Part shown: one piece after another, positions 10,069 to 20,802 of the stretch
Layout: the number at the start of each line of letters is the position of its first letter
Position numbering within the stretch: position 1 is the stretch's first letter
DNA from: Desulfatiglandales bacterium
GTDB taxonomy: Bacteria > Desulfobacterota > DSM-4660 > Desulfatiglandales > Desulfatiglandaceae
Direction: 5' to 3'
Assembly (NCBI GenBank): GCA_963662465.1
Contig: OY759599.1
Location: 2,016,001 to 2,080,000, forward strand
DNA: 64,000 nt
Notes under the pieces: generated by a model
The model's input: only the letters and a program-made list of their open reading frames with translations
What the model was told of the DNA's origin: nothing
Databases searched by the model: none
Program-made: the position numbers and the translations under genes

Positions 10069-10261
10069 TCCATAATCCAGCCAGGGTTACGGAATCCATT
10101 CCAAATAAAATGTAAACCCTCGTCCCCACCCCTTCAAAAATACCATTTGTTACTTGCCAGAACCTTTCATGAAATGTAGGATCAACCGTTTTAAAATTCT
10201 CCACATGTTCCCCGGTTTCAGGGAACACTGAACCTGTTGACGAATTGTTTAAGGAAACATC

Positions 10262-12814
10262 ATGACGGACAAAAAACCATACTTTCCCTTTGTTGTCGAT
10301 TATAAACCGAGATTCCTTCTAAACTGGATTCTTTTCAAACTGTTCAAACGCGTTCGGTACAATGAGAGCATGGCCCAGAAGTTAAAAACAATGCACCGGG
10401 AAGGAACCGTGGTGTACGCCGTCAAATATCGGGGACGACTGGACTATCTTCTCTATCACTACCGTTATCTCACCAGCCGCCTGCCCTACCCTAAAATCGC
10501 CTTTAATCTGAATATGGCCCTTGTCCTTCCCTTGCCCCAGCTCTTCAAGGTCTTCAAATTCTACCTGTCCGGACTTCTCAGAGAAGGCCGTTTCCCGAGT
10601 CCCTTCAAAACGGGCTTTTATGAAAAAGCCATTCAAGAAGGGACCACCTCGCTGGTCTGTCTGGTGGATCCCGTTGGATTTACCCGGCATTTCATCTATG
10701 CTGAAAAGGACCCTCTGACCTTCCTGCTGGAAACCCAGAAAAAGATGACCCGTCCCATCTTTGTGGTTCCCCAGTTGATCCTGTACAAAATGACCCCTGA
10801 AAAGAGCACCCATAGCCTGTTGGACATTCTCTTCGGATTTAAAGACAGAATCGGTTTCCCCCGAAAAATCATCCTCTTTTTCAGACACAACCGTCGCGCA
10901 TTTATCGATTTTGGGGAACCCCTCAACCTGCAACAGGTCCTGGCGGACAAAACCTGCGACCTCCCGCCGGAAGAGATAACGGCACAGGTCAGAAAAACAC
11001 TTCTGGAAAGCATTGATCAGCAAAAACGGGTCATCCTGGGGCCGGTCCTGAAATCCAGGCAGCAATTCAGAGAAACCGTTCTCAGCGACCGGAAAGTTAT
11101 CGAGGCCATCGAGAAAAATGCCTCCGAAAAGGCATCCGGTCTGCAACAGAGCAAGAAAAAGGCGGCGGCCTATTTTAATGAAATCGCCGCGGATTTCAAC
11201 ATTCCCGTCATACAATTTGCATCTATCGTATTGACCTGGGTTTTTAAAAAAATGTTCCAGGGCATCGATTTGAAACCGGAAGAACTGTCCAAAGTCAGGG
11301 AATGGTCCCGAAAAGGACCGGTAATTTATGTCCCTTCACACAAGAGTCATATTGACTATCTCCTTCTCAATTATACGCTCTACGTAAACCACCTGCACAT
11401 TCCAAGAACGGCAGCGGGCAAAAATCTCGCCTTCTGGCCCCTGGGCAATTTTTTCAGGAAAACGGGCGCCTTCTTCATTCGCAGGACTTTCAAGGGCGCC
11501 AAGCTCTATTCAACGGTTTTTTCACGTTACATCAAGGCGCTCCTTCAGGAGAACACCCCTCTGGAGTTCTTTATCGAGGGCGGCAGAAGCCGCAGCGGAA
11601 AACTGATTCTTCCGAAAATCGGCTTCCTCTCCATCCTGGTCGACGCCTACCGGGAACACTATTGCGAAGACCTTGTTTTTGTCCCATTATCCATTGTTTA
11701 TGATCGCATTCTGGAGGAACAGGCCTATCTGAGTGAATTGGGCGGGGGCAAAAAGAAAACGGAAAACCTGCACCAGGTTATGGGCGCCAGACGATTCCTG
11801 AAAAAAAAATATGGAAAAGTCTATATTCGCTTTGGCGACCCCATTTCCTTCAAGCAATATCTGACTGAAAAGCCGCACCGGAACGATAAAAGACATAAAC
11901 ACCTGGCCTTTCACATCATCAGATCCATCAATAAAACGACCCTGGCGACGCCCATGGCCATCATGGCATCCGCTATTCTCGCCAAACACCGCAAAGGCTT
12001 TCAAATGGAAGAGATATTGGAAACCGCCGAGGGATTCCTGGAATTTATAAAAACACGCGGGACGCCCATTGCTGATTCCCTTCAACAGTGTGAAAAGGCC
12101 ATGACGGAAACCCTTGGCGTTCTGTTGAAGAGCCGTGTGCTTGAAGCCATCAAGGATGTGGATGCGTCTGAAATGTTTTACTACGTGAAAGAAGAAAAAA
12201 AGCCGGAATTGGAGTACTATAAAAACAGCATTATACACTGTTTTATCCCCCAGGCCTTTGTGGCCCTTTCCCTGCTGACCGGAAACCGGGAGATCTCTTC
12301 CCGTGAAAAGGTGGCCGTGGATTACGCATTTCTCAAAAAAGTTTTCAGGTATGAATTTATTTTTGACGAAGAAATGGAAACGCCTGAAACAGAAGTCAAT
12401 ACCATTCTGACGGATTTCTTCCGAACCTCACTCTTGGTCAAATCCGATGTCAAAGCCGGCTACAGCCTCACCAGGCCAGGTCTTGAACAAATGACGGTCT
12501 GGGCCAACCTGGCCAAAACATTTATCGAGTCCTACTGGATCGCGGCGCGCGCCATTATCGAACGACAGAAAAACGGTAAAAAACGTTCGGACATGCTGAA
12601 AAGCATGACCTATCTGGGACAGCGCTATCACAGGCTTGGACTCATAGACCACCTTGAGGCGGTTTCACAGATCAATTTCAAAAACGCAATCCGCATGATC
12701 GAAAAAGACTTTTCATTGTCCGCGGGCCAATCTGAAGAAGAACTCCGGGAAGCCCGTGAACGCCTGACCTTGTTCAGCAAGCGATTGCATGAATTTTCAC
12801 AATATCATAAGTAA
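10262..12814 (+). CDS. plsB: Glycerol-3-phosphate acyltransferase (PlsB-like)
   Basis: HKSHID (HX4D), GAFFIRR and FFIEGGRSRSG acyltransferase blocks; 850 aa. Confidence 0.88.
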   Translation: MTDKKPYFPFVVDYKPRFLLNWILFKLFKRVRYNESMAQKLKTMHREGTVVYAVKYRGRLDYLLYHYRYLTSRLPYPKIAFNLNMALVLPLPQLFKVFKFYLSGLLREGRFPSPFKTGFYEKAIQEGTTSLVCLVDPVGFTRHFIYAEKDPLTFLLETQKKMTRPIFVVPQLILYKMTPEKSTHSLLDILFGFKDRIGFPRKIILFFRHNRRAFIDFGEPLNLQQVLADKTCDLPPEEITAQVRKTLLESIDQQKRVILGPVLKSRQQFRETVLSDRKVIEAIEKNASEKASGLQQSKKKAAAYFNEIAADFNIPVIQFASIVLTWVFKKMFQGIDLKPEELSKVREWSRKGPVIYVPSHKSHIDYLLLNYTLYVNHLHIPRTAAGKNLAFWPLGNFFRKTGAFFIRRTFKGAKLYSTVFSRYIKALLQENTPLEFFIEGGRSRSGKLILPKIGFLSILVDAYREHYCEDLVFVPLSIVYDRILEEQAYLSELGGGKKKTENLHQVMGARRFLKKKYGKVYIRFGDPISFKQYLTEKPHRNDKRHKHLAFHIIRSINKTTLATPMAIMASAILAKHRKGFQMEEILETAEGFLEFIKTRGTPIADSLQQCEKAMTETLGVLLKSRVLEAIKDVDASEMFYYVKEEKKPELEYYKNSIIHCFIPQAFVALSLLTGNREISSREKVAVDYAFLKKVFRYEFIFDEEMETPETEVNTILTDFFRTSLLVKSDVKAGYSLTRPGLEQMTVWANLAKTFIESYWIAARAIIERQKNGKKRSDMLKSMTYLGQRYHRLGLIDHLEAVSQINFKNAIRMIEKDFSLSAGQSEEELREARERLTLFSKRLHEFSQYHK

Positions 12815-14147
12815 CCCATATACCATGACGACGAACGCAATTCCACAACCGGTCCTATTTTTGATTGAAAAGCTAAAAAATGCCCATCATCAGGCGTTTA
12901 TCGTGGGCGGCGCCGTGCGGGATCTCTGCCTGAACAGATCGATAACCGATTGGGACCTGGCCACCTCGGCGCCGGTTCCGGTGATTCAACGTCTCTTCAA
13001 GGACAATACACAGTTTACCCTGGGACACGGCACGGCAACCATTATGGTTGCGGGACGTTCATATGAGATCACCACATTCAGGGGTGAAACAAATACGTTG
13101 GATGAAGACCTTGCCCTCCGGGATTTGACCATCAACGCCATGGCCCTGGACCCCGGCGCCGGTCAGGTCATTGATCCCTGCCAGGGGTTAAAGGATCTGC
13201 GGGATAAATGGGTTCGCGCCGTGGGAAACCCGAGCGATCGCTTTCGGGAGGACCCTTTAAGACTTCTGAGAGCCGTAAGGGTTGGCGCCCAACTGGATTT
13301 CAAAATCCACCCTAAAACCCTTTCCGCAATTTCCGCCCTGGCGCCCCTGTTGTCCGGGACCGCACCGGAACGCATTCGGGAAGAACTCCTGAAAATCCTC
13401 ATGGTTCCCATCCCATCGCGAGCCTTCAATATCCTGGCGAGAATCGGACTTCTCAAGGAATTTTTACCGGAGCTTCTTGAGGGGCGTCTCAAGCGGCAAA
13501 ACCACTATCATCGCTATACGATCTTCAAACATATCATGGAAACCGTAGATCATGTAACCCCCGACCCTGTTCTACGCATCACCGCCCTCCTTCACGACAT
13601 CGCAAAACCACGGGTCAGAACTAAGGTGGATGGCGTCTGGCGATTCCACGGTCACGAAAAAGAGAGTGCGGTACTGGCCGAAAAAATTATGAACCGATTA
13701 AAATTCAGTAAAGCGCTGACCCGGAAAGTGACCCACCTCATCAAACACCATCTGATCGGGTATAACGCCGACTGGAGCGACGCGGCCGTCCGGAGACTCA
13801 TTAAAAGGGTGGGCACAGGCCCTATCGGGGACCTTCTGACCTTTCGAAAGGCTGACATTTTTGCACACGGAAAGAATAATAAAAACCAGGAACTGCTCTT
13901 TCAGCTGGATACGAGGATTCAGGGGCAACTGCTTTTACACCCTCCTCTTCACGTGACGGACCTGGCCATGAACGGACGGAAAATCATGGCCATTACAGGC
14001 ATTGAACCCGGCCCCGAAGTGGGAAAGATACTGAAAGAATTGAGTCAAAAAGTACTGGAAGATCCCCAATTAAACCAAGCGGAAAAACTTGAGGAAATTC
14101 TGAAAGGATTGAAAATCCAACGACGAAAAATCGATTTCTTCTCTTGA
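12789..14147 (+). CDS. cca: CCA tRNA nucleotidyltransferase / poly(A) polymerase family with HD domain
   Basis: VGGAVRD, DWDLAT, RDLTINAMA, EDPLRLLR and LLHDIAK motifs. Confidence 0.85.
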   Translation: MNFHNIISNPYTMTTNAIPQPVLFLIEKLKNAHHQAFIVGGAVRDLCLNRSITDWDLATSAPVPVIQRLFKDNTQFTLGHGTATIMVAGRSYEITTFRGETNTLDEDLALRDLTINAMALDPGAGQVIDPCQGLKDLRDKWVRAVGNPSDRFREDPLRLLRAVRVGAQLDFKIHPKTLSAISALAPLLSGTAPERIREELLKILMVPIPSRAFNILARIGLLKEFLPELLEGRLKRQNHYHRYTIFKHIMETVDHVTPDPVLRITALLHDIAKPRVRTKVDGVWRFHGHEKESAVLAEKIMNRLKFSKALTRKVTHLIKHHLIGYNADWSDAAVRRLIKRVGTGPIGDLLTFRKADIFAHGKNNKNQELLFQLDTRIQGQLLLHPPLHVTDLAMNGRKIMAITGIEPGPEVGKILKELSQKVLEDPQLNQAEKLEEILKGLKIQRRKIDFFS

Positions 14148-14172
14148 CCATCCACAGCGCATTCTTTATACT
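14144..14172 (+). promoter_or_regulatory. Candidate sigma70 promoter of the mltD-like gene
   Basis: TTGACC-17 nt-TATACT, ~55 nt upstream of the ATG. Confidence 0.55.
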
Positions 14173-14225
14173 CCGATTTGTTAACACTAAACAACACGCT
14201 ATCCTTTTCAAGCTAATGGAGAAAA

Positions 14226-16148
14226 ATGCGATTTAATTCAAAAAAAATCAATATCTGGCTATGGACGATTTTTTCTTCGATCCTGTTGTTTGGAGGTTGC
14301 ACCACCGATAGCCTTCAACAAAAAACCGCATCCAACCCTTTGTCAGGCAATGCCCCTTCCGCCGGGATGACCCTCCCAAACCCATCCGCCGCGCATGAAC
14401 CGGCCGCGAGTCAGCCGGCCGTTTACGGCAGCCCGGAAGATACCGCTCGTCATTTTCCGGAAATGGACGCCAGGAATGAAGCGCCTATTCCCAATGAAAA
14501 CGGCGAGAACATAAGGTCATTTCCCAATTCAAACACAGAGCAGAAGTCCGACCAGGAACTGCTGGATTCAGCAATGGAATTCTGTAATGCTTCCAATGAT
14601 TTCTGGGAGGAGGGAGACCTTGAAAATGCCATCGATGCCTTAGACCAGTCCTATACCATTATATTGAAAATAGACCCCAACAAATCTTCGGAAATGGTAC
14701 AACAGATAGATGATTTGCGGTTCACCATTTCCCAGCGAATCCTGCAAATCTATTCATCCCGGTTTACCGTGGTCAACGGCTATCACAAGGCCATTCCCCT
14801 AGACATGAATCCCCATGTGGAAAAGGCTCTGAATATGTATAAGGGGCGTTACAGGGATGCCTTTTTGGCCGCCTACCGTCGATCCGGACAATACCGCCCC
14901 TTTATTGTGAAACGCCTTAAAGAAGCCGGTCTTCCCGAAGAACTTTCCTGGTTGCCCCTCATTGAAAGCGGCTTTAAAGTCAGAGCGCTTTCACGGGCGC
15001 GGGCACTGGGGATGTGGCAATTTATCGCCTCCACCGGTTACAAATATGGTCTGAATCGGGGCCGCTGGGTCGATGAAAGAATGGACCCGGAAAAATCCAC
15101 CGAAGCTGCCATCGGCTATCTGAAAGAACTGCATCAGATTTTCGGCGACTGGGAAACGGTCCTTGCCGCTTACAACTGCGGGGAAGGTCGGGTACTCAGG
15201 ATTATTAACTCACAAAAAATCAACTATCTGGACCATTTTTGGGATCTTTACGCAAGGCTTCCCTCCGAGACGGCTTTTTATGTACCCAAGTTCCTTGCAG
15301 TGCTGCACATCATCAATGATCCAAAAGCACACGGTTTTGTACTTCCACCCGTGGACATGCCTCAACAGGAAACGGAAATCGTCACCATCGATAAACAAAT
15401 CTCCCTCAAATCCATAGCGGAGGGCGTTGTCGTTTCAACTGAAGTTTTGCACCAGCTGAATCCATCTCTCAAACGCCGCACGACCCCTCCCCGCCCCTAC
15501 GATTTGAGGGTTCCCAAAGGCAAAGGGGAAATGCTTCTGGCCAATCTGAATCAGATGCCGGAGTGGTGTCCTCCGCCGGTTCAGACCGCATATACGGACA
15601 GCACACTTAAACATAGAGTCAAAAAAGGTGAAACGCTCTCAACCATCGGTCGCAGATACGGCGCCGGCGTGAAGTCGATCATGCGTGCCAACCATTTGAA
15701 AAGCAGTCGATACCTCAAAGTGGGATGGACCCTCAAAATTCCCGTCAAGAAAAGACATGCTTCCACCCGGAAACCGACGGCAACAACCATTTCGCCAAAA
15801 AATGGCAATCCGGCAACATGCCCACCCGTCCCCCGCACTTATGCGGTTCAGAAGGGGGATTCACTTTGGAATATCGCCAACCGCTTCAAGACTACCACCA
15901 AGGCTATCCAAACCGCAAACCGGATGTCCTCCCCCGCCTTGAATATCGGTCAGGTCCTTAAAATCCCCGGCGCTTCTACCACCAGCGGCAGCGTCAAAAC
16001 AGATCCCTACAGGGTCTTGAAAGGGGATTCCCCCTATATCATCGCTCAAAAACACCAGATGGATCTCTCTATCCTGCTGCGATTGAACCAGCTAACACCG
16101 AGAAGCACCATTTTCCCCGGACAGACACTTCTGGTTCAGGCGAAATAA
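14226..16148 (+). CDS. mltD: Lytic murein transglycosylase lipoprotein with three LysM domains (MltD-like)
   Basis: Lipobox LFGG|C; SLT motifs IESGF, GMWQF, AAYNCG; LysM repeats HRVKKGETL, YAVQKGDSL, YRVLKGDSP. Confidence 0.88.
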   Translation: MRFNSKKINIWLWTIFSSILLFGGCTTDSLQQKTASNPLSGNAPSAGMTLPNPSAAHEPAASQPAVYGSPEDTARHFPEMDARNEAPIPNENGENIRSFPNSNTEQKSDQELLDSAMEFCNASNDFWEEGDLENAIDALDQSYTIILKIDPNKSSEMVQQIDDLRFTISQRILQIYSSRFTVVNGYHKAIPLDMNPHVEKALNMYKGRYRDAFLAAYRRSGQYRPFIVKRLKEAGLPEELSWLPLIESGFKVRALSRARALGMWQFIASTGYKYGLNRGRWVDERMDPEKSTEAAIGYLKELHQIFGDWETVLAAYNCGEGRVLRIINSQKINYLDHFWDLYARLPSETAFYVPKFLAVLHIINDPKAHGFVLPPVDMPQQETEIVTIDKQISLKSIAEGVVVSTEVLHQLNPSLKRRTTPPRPYDLRVPKGKGEMLLANLNQMPEWCPPPVQTAYTDSTLKHRVKKGETLSTIGRRYGAGVKSIMRANHLKSSRYLKVGWTLKIPVKKRHASTRKPTATTISPKNGNPATCPPVPRTYAVQKGDSLWNIANRFKTTTKAIQTANRMSSPALNIGQVLKIPGASTTSGSVKTDPYRVLKGDSPYIIAQKHQMDLSILLRLNQLTPRSTIFPGQTLLVQAK

Positions 16149-17407
16149 AGACCTTTCCACAGATCCCAGAACTCGGGGAAAGACTTGTTAACGCAGGCGC
16201 GATTCCGAATGCGGACGCCCGGAACTCTTAACCCCACCACCGCCAGGCTCATGGCCAGGCGATGATCGTCATGGGGGTCTACCTCGGCGTCGCAAAGCCT
16301 TTCACCGCCATGGACGACGAGATAATCCTCGAACTCTTCCACCCTGCCCCCCAATTTTCGCCACTCCCGGGTCACGGCATCCAATCTGTCGCTTTCCTTG
16401 AAACGGAGATGCCCCACATTTCGAATGGTGGTATTACCTTCGGCAAAAAGAGCCACTGCCGCCAGGGTAGGCACCATGTCCGGCATGCCCCCCATATCCA
16501 CATCAAGCCCTTTTAAGGAACCACCCGTAACCGATACCCGGTCCGGTTCCTTAACCACGGTGCATCCCATGGCCTCAAGGACCTCCAGCAATCGGATGTC
16601 CCCCTGCCGACCCTCGGGATGGATATTTCCGGTGGTCACCGTTCTCCCGGTAATGGCCGCGGCTGCCCAGAAGTAGGATGCGGACGATACGTCCCCTTGA
16701 ACCGTGTAGTCTCTCGACACATAGCTTTGTCCGGCGGGAACCCTGAATTTAGCGTAACCTTCCCGTTCCACCCTGACGCCGAAGGCCGCCATCACATCGA
16801 TGGTCACATCCACATAGGGCCGGGACACCAGCACCCCCTCTACCCTAATCTCCACATCTTTCCGGGCGTAAGGCCCTGACAGCAACAACGCCGAAAGAAA
16901 CTGACTGCTGGCATCCCCCGGCAAAACCACCGCACCCCCTGAAATGCCATCTGAAGCGATGCGAATGGGCGGGCAACCATTGTTTTCCATGCAGGAAACA
17001 TCGGCGCCCAGTTGACGGAGGGCATCCACCAGCGGCCCCATGGGCCGCTCCCGCATACGGGGGGTTCCGGTCATGAGATATGTTCCCTTTGCCAGGGCCA
17101 GAACGGGCACCAGAAGCCTAAAAGAAGTTCCGGAATTACCTAAATAAACCGCTTTTTCCCAAGGCTGGAAACTGACCTTTTCACCAATCCCCTCCATGAC
17201 CAAATGATTGCCATTGCGCTTCATTTGAACGCCCATGGCCTTCAAAGCCCGGGCCGTGTGACGGGTGTCATCGCATTGCAGATCATTTTTAAGGATGGTT
17301 TTTCCACCGGCCAGACCTCCGGCAATGAGCGCCCGATGGGTGATGCTTTTTGATCCTGGAATGGTCACTACATCATCATCCCCTGAAAAAATTTTTATTG
17401 TGTTCAT
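16136..17407 (-). CDS. aroA: 3-phosphoshikimate 1-carboxyvinyltransferase (EPSP synthase)
   Basis: PGSKSITHRAL, GNSGTSFR, SSQFLSALL, KESDRL and DHRLAM motifs. Confidence 0.96.
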   Translation of the reverse strand: MNTIKIFSGDDDVVTIPGSKSITHRALIAGGLAGGKTILKNDLQCDDTRHTARALKAMGVQMKRNGNHLVMEGIGEKVSFQPWEKAVYLGNSGTSFRLLVPVLALAKGTYLMTGTPRMRERPMGPLVDALRQLGADVSCMENNGCPPIRIASDGISGGAVVLPGDASSQFLSALLLSGPYARKDVEIRVEGVLVSRPYVDVTIDVMAAFGVRVEREGYAKFRVPAGQSYVSRDYTVQGDVSSASYFWAAAAITGRTVTTGNIHPEGRQGDIRLLEVLEAMGCTVVKEPDRVSVTGGSLKGLDVDMGGMPDMVPTLAAVALFAEGNTTIRNVGHLRFKESDRLDAVTREWRKLGGRVEEFEDYLVVHGGERLCDAEVDPHDDHRLAMSLAVVGLRVPGVRIRNRACVNKSFPEFWDLWKGLYFA

Positions 17408-17425
17408 TTCCGCTCCAGTTGTTTT

Positions 17426-18232
17426 TCAAAGGTACATTTTGACCGCGGCCCGCATGACATCCACGGGGGGATTCAAGTCGGTCCACAAGCGAAACTGTTC
17501 CGCCCCCTGATGGATAAACATTTCCAGTCCGTTGATGACGGTGCATCCGCGAGCGCGGGCGTTTTTCAGCAGGCGGGTTTCAAGGGGATTATAAATGGCA
17601 TCCATTACCACCATTGTCTCCTGAAACACATGGTCCGGCACAGGGGAGGCATTGGTATGGGGAAACATGCCCACCGGCGTTGTCTGAATCAATACATTCG
17701 CCGGTATCTCATGGATTCTCTCCAGGGGAATAAAAGGACATACCAAAAAATCCGCAAGGATCCGACCGCGATCCTCGGACCGGTTGGCAACCACCAGTTT
17801 CATCCCCCTTTCCCGGGCCATAAACCCGATGCCCCGGGCCGCGCCGCCGGCGCCCACCAGAACGCACCGTTTTCCCGCGAGATCGATTTTCGCTTCGAGA
17901 GCCTTCATGGCCCCCAGACCATCGGTATTGTATCCTTTCAACCGGCCTTCCACATTCACAATGGTGTTGACGGCGCCGATTTGTTCCGCTAGTGGGTCCA
18001 GCTCATCCAGATATTGAATGACCGACGTCTTGAAGGGAATGGTGACGCTCATGCCCTTGATGCCCAGTGCCCGCATACCGCGAATGCTCCCCTCGGGATC
18101 CGATGATTCAAAGGCCCCATAGAGCGCGTTAACCCCCGAAGCCTTGAATGCCGCGTTGTGCATAACCGGGCTGAGGGAATGGCCAATAGGATTTCCCAGC
18201 ACCCCGTAAATTTTCGCAAGCCGGATTTTCAT
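17426..18232 (-). CDS. aroE: Shikimate dehydrogenase
   Basis: HSLSPVMHN, SVTIPFK, GAVNT, NTDG and GAGGAA motifs; start placed at the ATGA overlap with the aroD stop. Confidence 0.95.
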   Translation of the reverse strand: MKIRLAKIYGVLGNPIGHSLSPVMHNAAFKASGVNALYGAFESSDPEGSIRGMRALGIKGMSVTIPFKTSVIQYLDELDPLAEQIGAVNTIVNVEGRLKGYNTDGLGAMKALEAKIDLAGKRCVLVGAGGAARGIGFMARERGMKLVVANRSEDRGRILADFLVCPFIPLERIHEIPANVLIQTTPVGMFPHTNASPVPDHVFQETMVVMDAIYNPLETRLLKNARARGCTVINGLEMFIHQGAEQFRLWTDLNPPVDVMRAAVKMYL

Positions 18233-18897
18233 TGGGAAAAAACCTCCAGTATCATCTTCATCTCTTTCACCGTCATCTGGCCGGAAGCGGACTTCTGTTC
18301 TCTTGTGAGGGAAGCAAAGGTGAAAGCCCCACCCAGAAGAGGGCAGACGACCCGGCTGATGCGGCCCAGGGGACCCATGCACAGAGCAACAATCTCAACG
18401 CCCATCTTTTCAGCCAAAGGGATCAATCCCAACACGGTCAGGTTATCCGCCGGGGTCCGGGCGTGGGTAACGATCTTCACCACATCCGCTCCCGTATCGG
18501 CCATTTTTCGGAACAAATCAGACAGTGTCTCCTTTGAAGGGGTTCCATCGGGAAAGTGTTTTGACAGGATCAGCCTGGAATGATTCCGTTCCTCAAATAA
18601 CAGCCGTCGATGTTCCAGGGGAATGGCATATTCAATATCCACAAAATCCGCTCCCACTCTTACGGCTTCCCTGAGATAAGCCACGCAGGCGCCATGGGGA
18701 ACACAACCGCCCCCCCCCTCTTTTTTGGATCGATAGGTCATGATCACCGGTTTGGAAGCTGCCGTTATGATCTTATCCAAATTAAAGGCTTCCATAACAT
18801 CCAACCGGACTTCCATGAGGTCGCCGGAAATTGACGCTTCCGCCATTTTCCGAAGCGCATCGGACGTATCCCGGGCCATAATGGGGATACAAATCAT
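18229..18897 (-). CDS. aroD: Type I 3-dehydroquinate dehydratase
   Basis: MICIPI start, EVRLD, DIE, SKH, VVKIV, MGPLGRISR and ASGQ motifs; ATGA overlap with the upstream kinase. Confidence 0.9.
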   Translation of the reverse strand: MICIPIMARDTSDALRKMAEASISGDLMEVRLDVMEAFNLDKIITAASKPVIMTYRSKKEGGGGCVPHGACVAYLREAVRVGADFVDIEYAIPLEHRRLLFEERNHSRLILSKHFPDGTPSKETLSDLFRKMADTGADVVKIVTHARTPADNLTVLGLIPLAEKMGVEIVALCMGPLGRISRVVCPLLGGAFTFASLTREQKSASGQMTVKEMKMILEVFSQ

Positions 18898-20780
18898 GAT
18901 ATTACCTGAACGGAATCTTTTAATTCGTGAGAAAGGCGTTTCGAAAAGGACACATGAAAAGTGATGCCCCTTTCGGCGTCGGGACTCACCCATACACTGC
19001 CCTGATGCCGCTGTGCAATCTCTTTGACGATAGCCAACCCCAACCCTGTTCCCTGAATACCCTCGGCGTCCTTTCGACGCATGAACAGACCAAAAATTTT
19101 CTTGGCGTCTTCCGACCCTACCCCGATACCATTGTCCCTGACGGAAAGGATATGGTGTTCGTCCGTTTCTTCATATCCAATGTTAATTTCACTTAAGCCC
19201 TTCCCACCGTATTTTAAGGCATTATCCACGAGATTTCTGAACATCCGGACCAGACTTACCCTGTCCCCATGAATAAGGGGTACGCGTTTGGGTTCGCGCC
19301 AGCTTATCTTCCGCCGACCCAAAACATCGGAAAACTCCCGGCGGATACTCTGAAGAACCATTTTCACGTCGATGGGTTGAATGTTTAAAGGGGATTCCTT
19401 GGCCGAGATGTAAACATTGATATCGTCGAGGAGCGCCACCATCTGCTCGCAGGCCCCAGCAATATATCGGCAGTACCGTCGGCCTCTTTCATCGAGTACA
19501 TCCCCATAGTTTTCCTGAAGCCGTTTGGCAAAGCCGTAACTGCTGATGGCCGGGCTTTTAAGGTCGTGAGAGATCGAATAAGCAAACAGTTTGATTTTTT
19601 CCGAACTTTCGTTCACAGCCTCCTCCATCTGCTTGCGGTCCGTAATATCAAGAATCAGGGCTTGCTTGGACAGGGTCCCATCCTCATGATAAATGGGCGT
19701 GTTGACGATATAGTACCAGCGGGAATCCTTGGGACTCAGGACTTCCCACCGAACGGTCTCTCCCTTAAAAACGCGATCGTTGACGCACCAGGGGCATATG
19801 GTATCCAAATCATGAAGGGCCTTGTAACACAATTCTCCCGTTGCATCGCGACCGGTTCTCTCCATCAGACGCCGGTTCATGAATTCCACCCGGTAATCCT
19901 GGGAGCAAATATAGATGAGTCCGTCAAAAGCCTCCACCATGGCCCGATAATGGGCCTCCCGCTCCCGCAGGGCCTTCTCTGCCCTGTTTTGCTGAGTAAC
20001 ATCTCGAATAATGCCCTGATACCCTGAAATGCCGCTATGGCCATCCTCCCCCGCCGTTGCCGTCAGCAGGCACTGCATTTCGACGCCGTCTTTCTTTCGT
20101 AACGCAATTTCATAGTCTTTAACGGAATGAGTCCTCTCCATCCGTTCCAGAAGCAACTCCCGATCCCCGGGGTCAACATACATCTCCCGCACATTGACCT
20201 TGCCGACCATCTCGTCTTTGGTATACCCAAAAAGCGTTAACATGGCCGGGTTTGCATCCAGGCATTCGCCTTCGCGGCTTGTGATATAAATGGCATCTCC
20301 GGAATCGTTAAAAAGCCGGCGGTATCTCCCTTCACTTTTCAACAATGCATGTTCCGTCCGTTTCTGCGCGGTCACATCTTTTGCAACCCCTTGAATGGCA
20401 TAAGGTTGTTTTCCATTCCGGTAAATGACGGCGGCATCGGTCTCCACATCCACATACTGCCCGTCTTTTCTCCTCAGCCGGTATGTGGAAAGCTTGGATG
20501 AACCCGTTTCCAGAAGGTGTTCCACGGCCTTAAAGGCACAAGGAAGTTGATCTTCGCTCAACAGGGCTGTGAAATTCAAGGAGCTGAGCTCATCCCTTTG
20601 ATATCCCAACAGTTTCAAGGCTGCATCATTGGCGTCCAGAAACCAGCCTTCCAGGTCATGAAGATATACGCAATAGGTGGAACGATTAAAAAGAGCTGCA
20701 TACCGTGCTTCTATATCATGGATTCCACTTTCCATTCGTTTGCGCTCCAATTTAGGATCTATTTTGTTAGCTGTCGGCAA
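18894..20780 (-). CDS. Cytoplasmic multi-PAS sensor histidine kinase
   Basis: Three PAS/PAC repeats; H-box SHDLKSP; N-box NLVDNALKY; G-boxes DNGIG and GTGLGL; no TM helix or receiver domain. Confidence 0.92.
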   Translation of the reverse strand: MPTANKIDPKLERKRMESGIHDIEARYAALFNRSTYCVYLHDLEGWFLDANDAALKLLGYQRDELSSLNFTALLSEDQLPCAFKAVEHLLETGSSKLSTYRLRRKDGQYVDVETDAAVIYRNGKQPYAIQGVAKDVTAQKRTEHALLKSEGRYRRLFNDSGDAIYITSREGECLDANPAMLTLFGYTKDEMVGKVNVREMYVDPGDRELLLERMERTHSVKDYEIALRKKDGVEMQCLLTATAGEDGHSGISGYQGIIRDVTQQNRAEKALREREAHYRAMVEAFDGLIYICSQDYRVEFMNRRLMERTGRDATGELCYKALHDLDTICPWCVNDRVFKGETVRWEVLSPKDSRWYYIVNTPIYHEDGTLSKQALILDITDRKQMEEAVNESSEKIKLFAYSISHDLKSPAISSYGFAKRLQENYGDVLDERGRRYCRYIAGACEQMVALLDDINVYISAKESPLNIQPIDVKMVLQSIRREFSDVLGRRKISWREPKRVPLIHGDRVSLVRMFRNLVDNALKYGGKGLSEINIGYEETDEHHILSVRDNGIGVGSEDAKKIFGLFMRRKDAEGIQGTGLGLAIVKEIAQRHQGSVWVSPDAERGITFHVSFSKRLSHELKDSVQVIS

Positions 20781-20802
20781 TGCGCCTTACGCTGCTTGAT
20801 CT

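Noticed and set aside
8877..10073. DUF4338 ORF as part of a Druantia defence system, and the ORF-track start at 10073
   Set aside because: No other Dru genes nearby; the domain lies inside an IS with inverted repeats and a target duplication. The 10073 start falls in the duplicated target outside the element.
10206..10227. Hairpin TGTTCCC-8 nt-GGGAACA upstream of plsB
   Set aside because: Only a 7-bp stem, no U-tract and no second copy; it cannot be told from chance.
16136..16148. 13-nt overlap of the convergent mltD and aroA 3' ends
   Set aside because: Short tail-to-tail overlaps are common and both proteins look complete.
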